A stretch of DNA of 50,710 nt from SAR86 cluster bacterium (GTDB lineage: Bacteria > Pseudomonadota > Gammaproteobacteria > Magnimaribacterales > TMED112), in assembly GCA_016779525.1 (NCBI GenBank), contig JADHNL010000004.1:1-50710 (forward strand), in the 5' to 3' direction. The notes beneath the pieces are model-generated. The model was not told where the DNA came from. It did not search any database and saw only the letters and a program-made list of their open reading frames with translations. A program made the position numbers and the translations under genes. Positions 49,464 to 50,710 of this stretch are shown here, piece by piece. Within the stretch, counting starts at the first letter, position 1, and every line of letters begins with the position of its first letter.

Positions 49464-50184
49464 CTTTTTTCTCCAAAATAAAATTTTTATTTACCACCTG
49501 GTAAACTTCTTTCCAGGTTTTAGCTTGCAATTCACAGGGAACAATTTCTTCCCATTTTCGCTTTTCACAATTAAACCATAAAGTATTGAAATTACAATTT
49601 CTTGCACCACCAATATCGTTTATTGGACAGTCTCCAATATGTAAAACTTCTTGTGGTTCACATTTCGCCACTTGAAGAGCTTTAATAAAGTGCCCAGATG
49701 ATGGTTTATTGCTTTGCACATCTTTAGAAGAAATTTGATCAATAAAAAAATTACTTATTCCAATTATATTTAGGTCTGCATTGCCATTTGAGAGCGATAT
49801 AAGATTAACTTTTCGTGACAACCTCTCTAAAATAATCCTGGCATCCTTATAAAGCTGAACCTTATTTCTAGCTTTAAAGAACACATTAAATCCTTCATTA
49901 CTATAATATGCTGCCGAACTTTCATCTGCTCCATGATCAAGCAATAATTCTTTAATAATTTGTTTTCTAAATCTTGTTAAATCAAATTTAAGACTTTTAT
50001 CTTTCTTTACGAGAGATGTTCTTATATCGCCTATTAGATTATCTGAAAATGAATCTTTTATATCTGGAAACTTTCCCAAAATAAATCTCCACATCGCATT
50101 TTCTGCAGCGATAATAATTTTGGTGTTGGGCCACAAGGTGTCGTCCAAATCAAGGGTAATTAGTTTTAATTTATTTCTTGGCAT
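49456..50184 (-). CDS. HAD-IA hydrolase (YigB-like)
   Basis: DLDDTLW, SNGN, KP, HIGDCPINDIGGA; directly downstream of xerC. Confidence 0.9.
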   Translation of the reverse strand: MPRNKLKLITLDLDDTLWPNTKIIIAAENAMWRFILGKFPDIKDSFSDNLIGDIRTSLVKKDKSLKFDLTRFRKQIIKELLLDHGADESSAAYYSNEGFNVFFKARNKVQLYKDARIILERLSRKVNLISLSNGNADLNIIGISNFFIDQISSKDVQSNKPSSGHFIKALQVAKCEPQEVLHIGDCPINDIGGARNCNFNTLWFNCEKRKWEEIVPCELQAKTWKEVYQVVNKNFILEKKDV

Positions 50185-50710
50185 GGGGGTGAGCTTTATC
50201 GTAAATTTTTACTAACTGTTGAAAGTCTAATTTGGTATATATTTGAGTTGTGCTAAGACTGCTGTGGCCAAGCATTTCTTGAATTGATCTTAAATCCCCA
50301 GAAGATTCCAACATGTGGGTAGCAAAACTGTGTCTTAGCATATGAGGGTGAACGGGGGCCATACCTAATGAAAGTGAAATTTTCCATAATCTTTGTTGCA
50401 TTGCCCTTACAGAAATTCTGACCCCATATTTATTGGTAAAAAGAGCATCTTTATCAACTATATTTTTTCGTGTTGAAAGCCAATCAGATATTGCTTGTTG
50501 CGCATACTGGCCAACCGGAATTAATCGCTCTTTCATTCCCTTGCCCAAGACTTTAACAAAAGAAAAATCTTGCTCAAACGAAGAAACTTTTACATTAACT
50601 GCTTCAGAAACCCTTAAACCACAAGAGTAGAGTAGTTCAAGAAATGCTTTATCTCTGAACTCAAAGATTGTCTTAGGCTGAAAGGATAACAGCCTGTCAA
50701 CGTCCTCAAG
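50171..50710 (-). CDS. xerC: Tyrosine recombinase XerC (5' end outside the window)
   Basis: Frame stays open to the window edge: RDKAFLELLYSCGLRVSE, GKG, HPHMLRHSFATH, QEMLGHSSLSTTQIYT, AHP; xerC-yigB synteny. Confidence 0.9.
   Translation of the reverse strand, partial: LEDVDRLLSFQPKTIFEFRDKAFLELLYSCGLRVSEAVNVKVSSFEQDFSFVKVLGKGMKERLIPVGQYAQQAISDWLSTRKNIVDKDALFTNKYGVRISVRAMQQRLWKISLSLGMAPVHPHMLRHSFATHMLESSGDLRSIQEMLGHSSLSTTQIYTKLDFQQLVKIYDKAHPHAKK

Noticed and set aside
50171-50710. Tyrosine recombinase as a prophage or island integrase
   Set aside because: XerC-type motifs and xerC-yigB synteny; no att sites, tRNA or cargo nearby.

Overview
AT-rich, extremely gene-dense core-chromosome segment spanning the replication-origin region of a genome-streamlined gammaproteobacterium (SAR86-like by inference from gene order, low GC and near-absent intergenic DNA; not proven). 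Order: glmS(partial)-glmU-atpCDGAHFEB-parBA-rsmG-mnmG | putative oriC | mnmE-yidC-rnpA-rpmH <> dnaA-dnaN-recF-gyrB >< homodimeric GlyRS <> lipid A acyltransferase >< trkH-trkA-fmt-def <> purE-tsaC-hemF-aroE-yheV, an aa3-type cytochrome c oxidase cluster with assembly genes, qor-gshA-pckA-dsbB <> polA >< engB <> cyt c4-dsbA-cyt c5 >< UbiK-like-HAD-xerC(partial). I found no mobile element, CRISPR, tRNA or rRNA, and no clearly new multi-gene system. The most interesting signals are inside the housekeeping scaffold: a sharp, local strand-composition switch of non-canonical polarity next to the putative oriC, symmetric variant parS sites in recF, a gammaproteobacterial-type GyrB lacking its TOPRIM insertion, apparent in situ replacement of glyQ/glyS by the alpha2 enzyme, a Cys-pair insertion in ATP synthase subunit a, back-to-back -10 boxes with near-leaderless starts, 4-nt overlaps at convergent stops, and four small genes absent from the ORF track.
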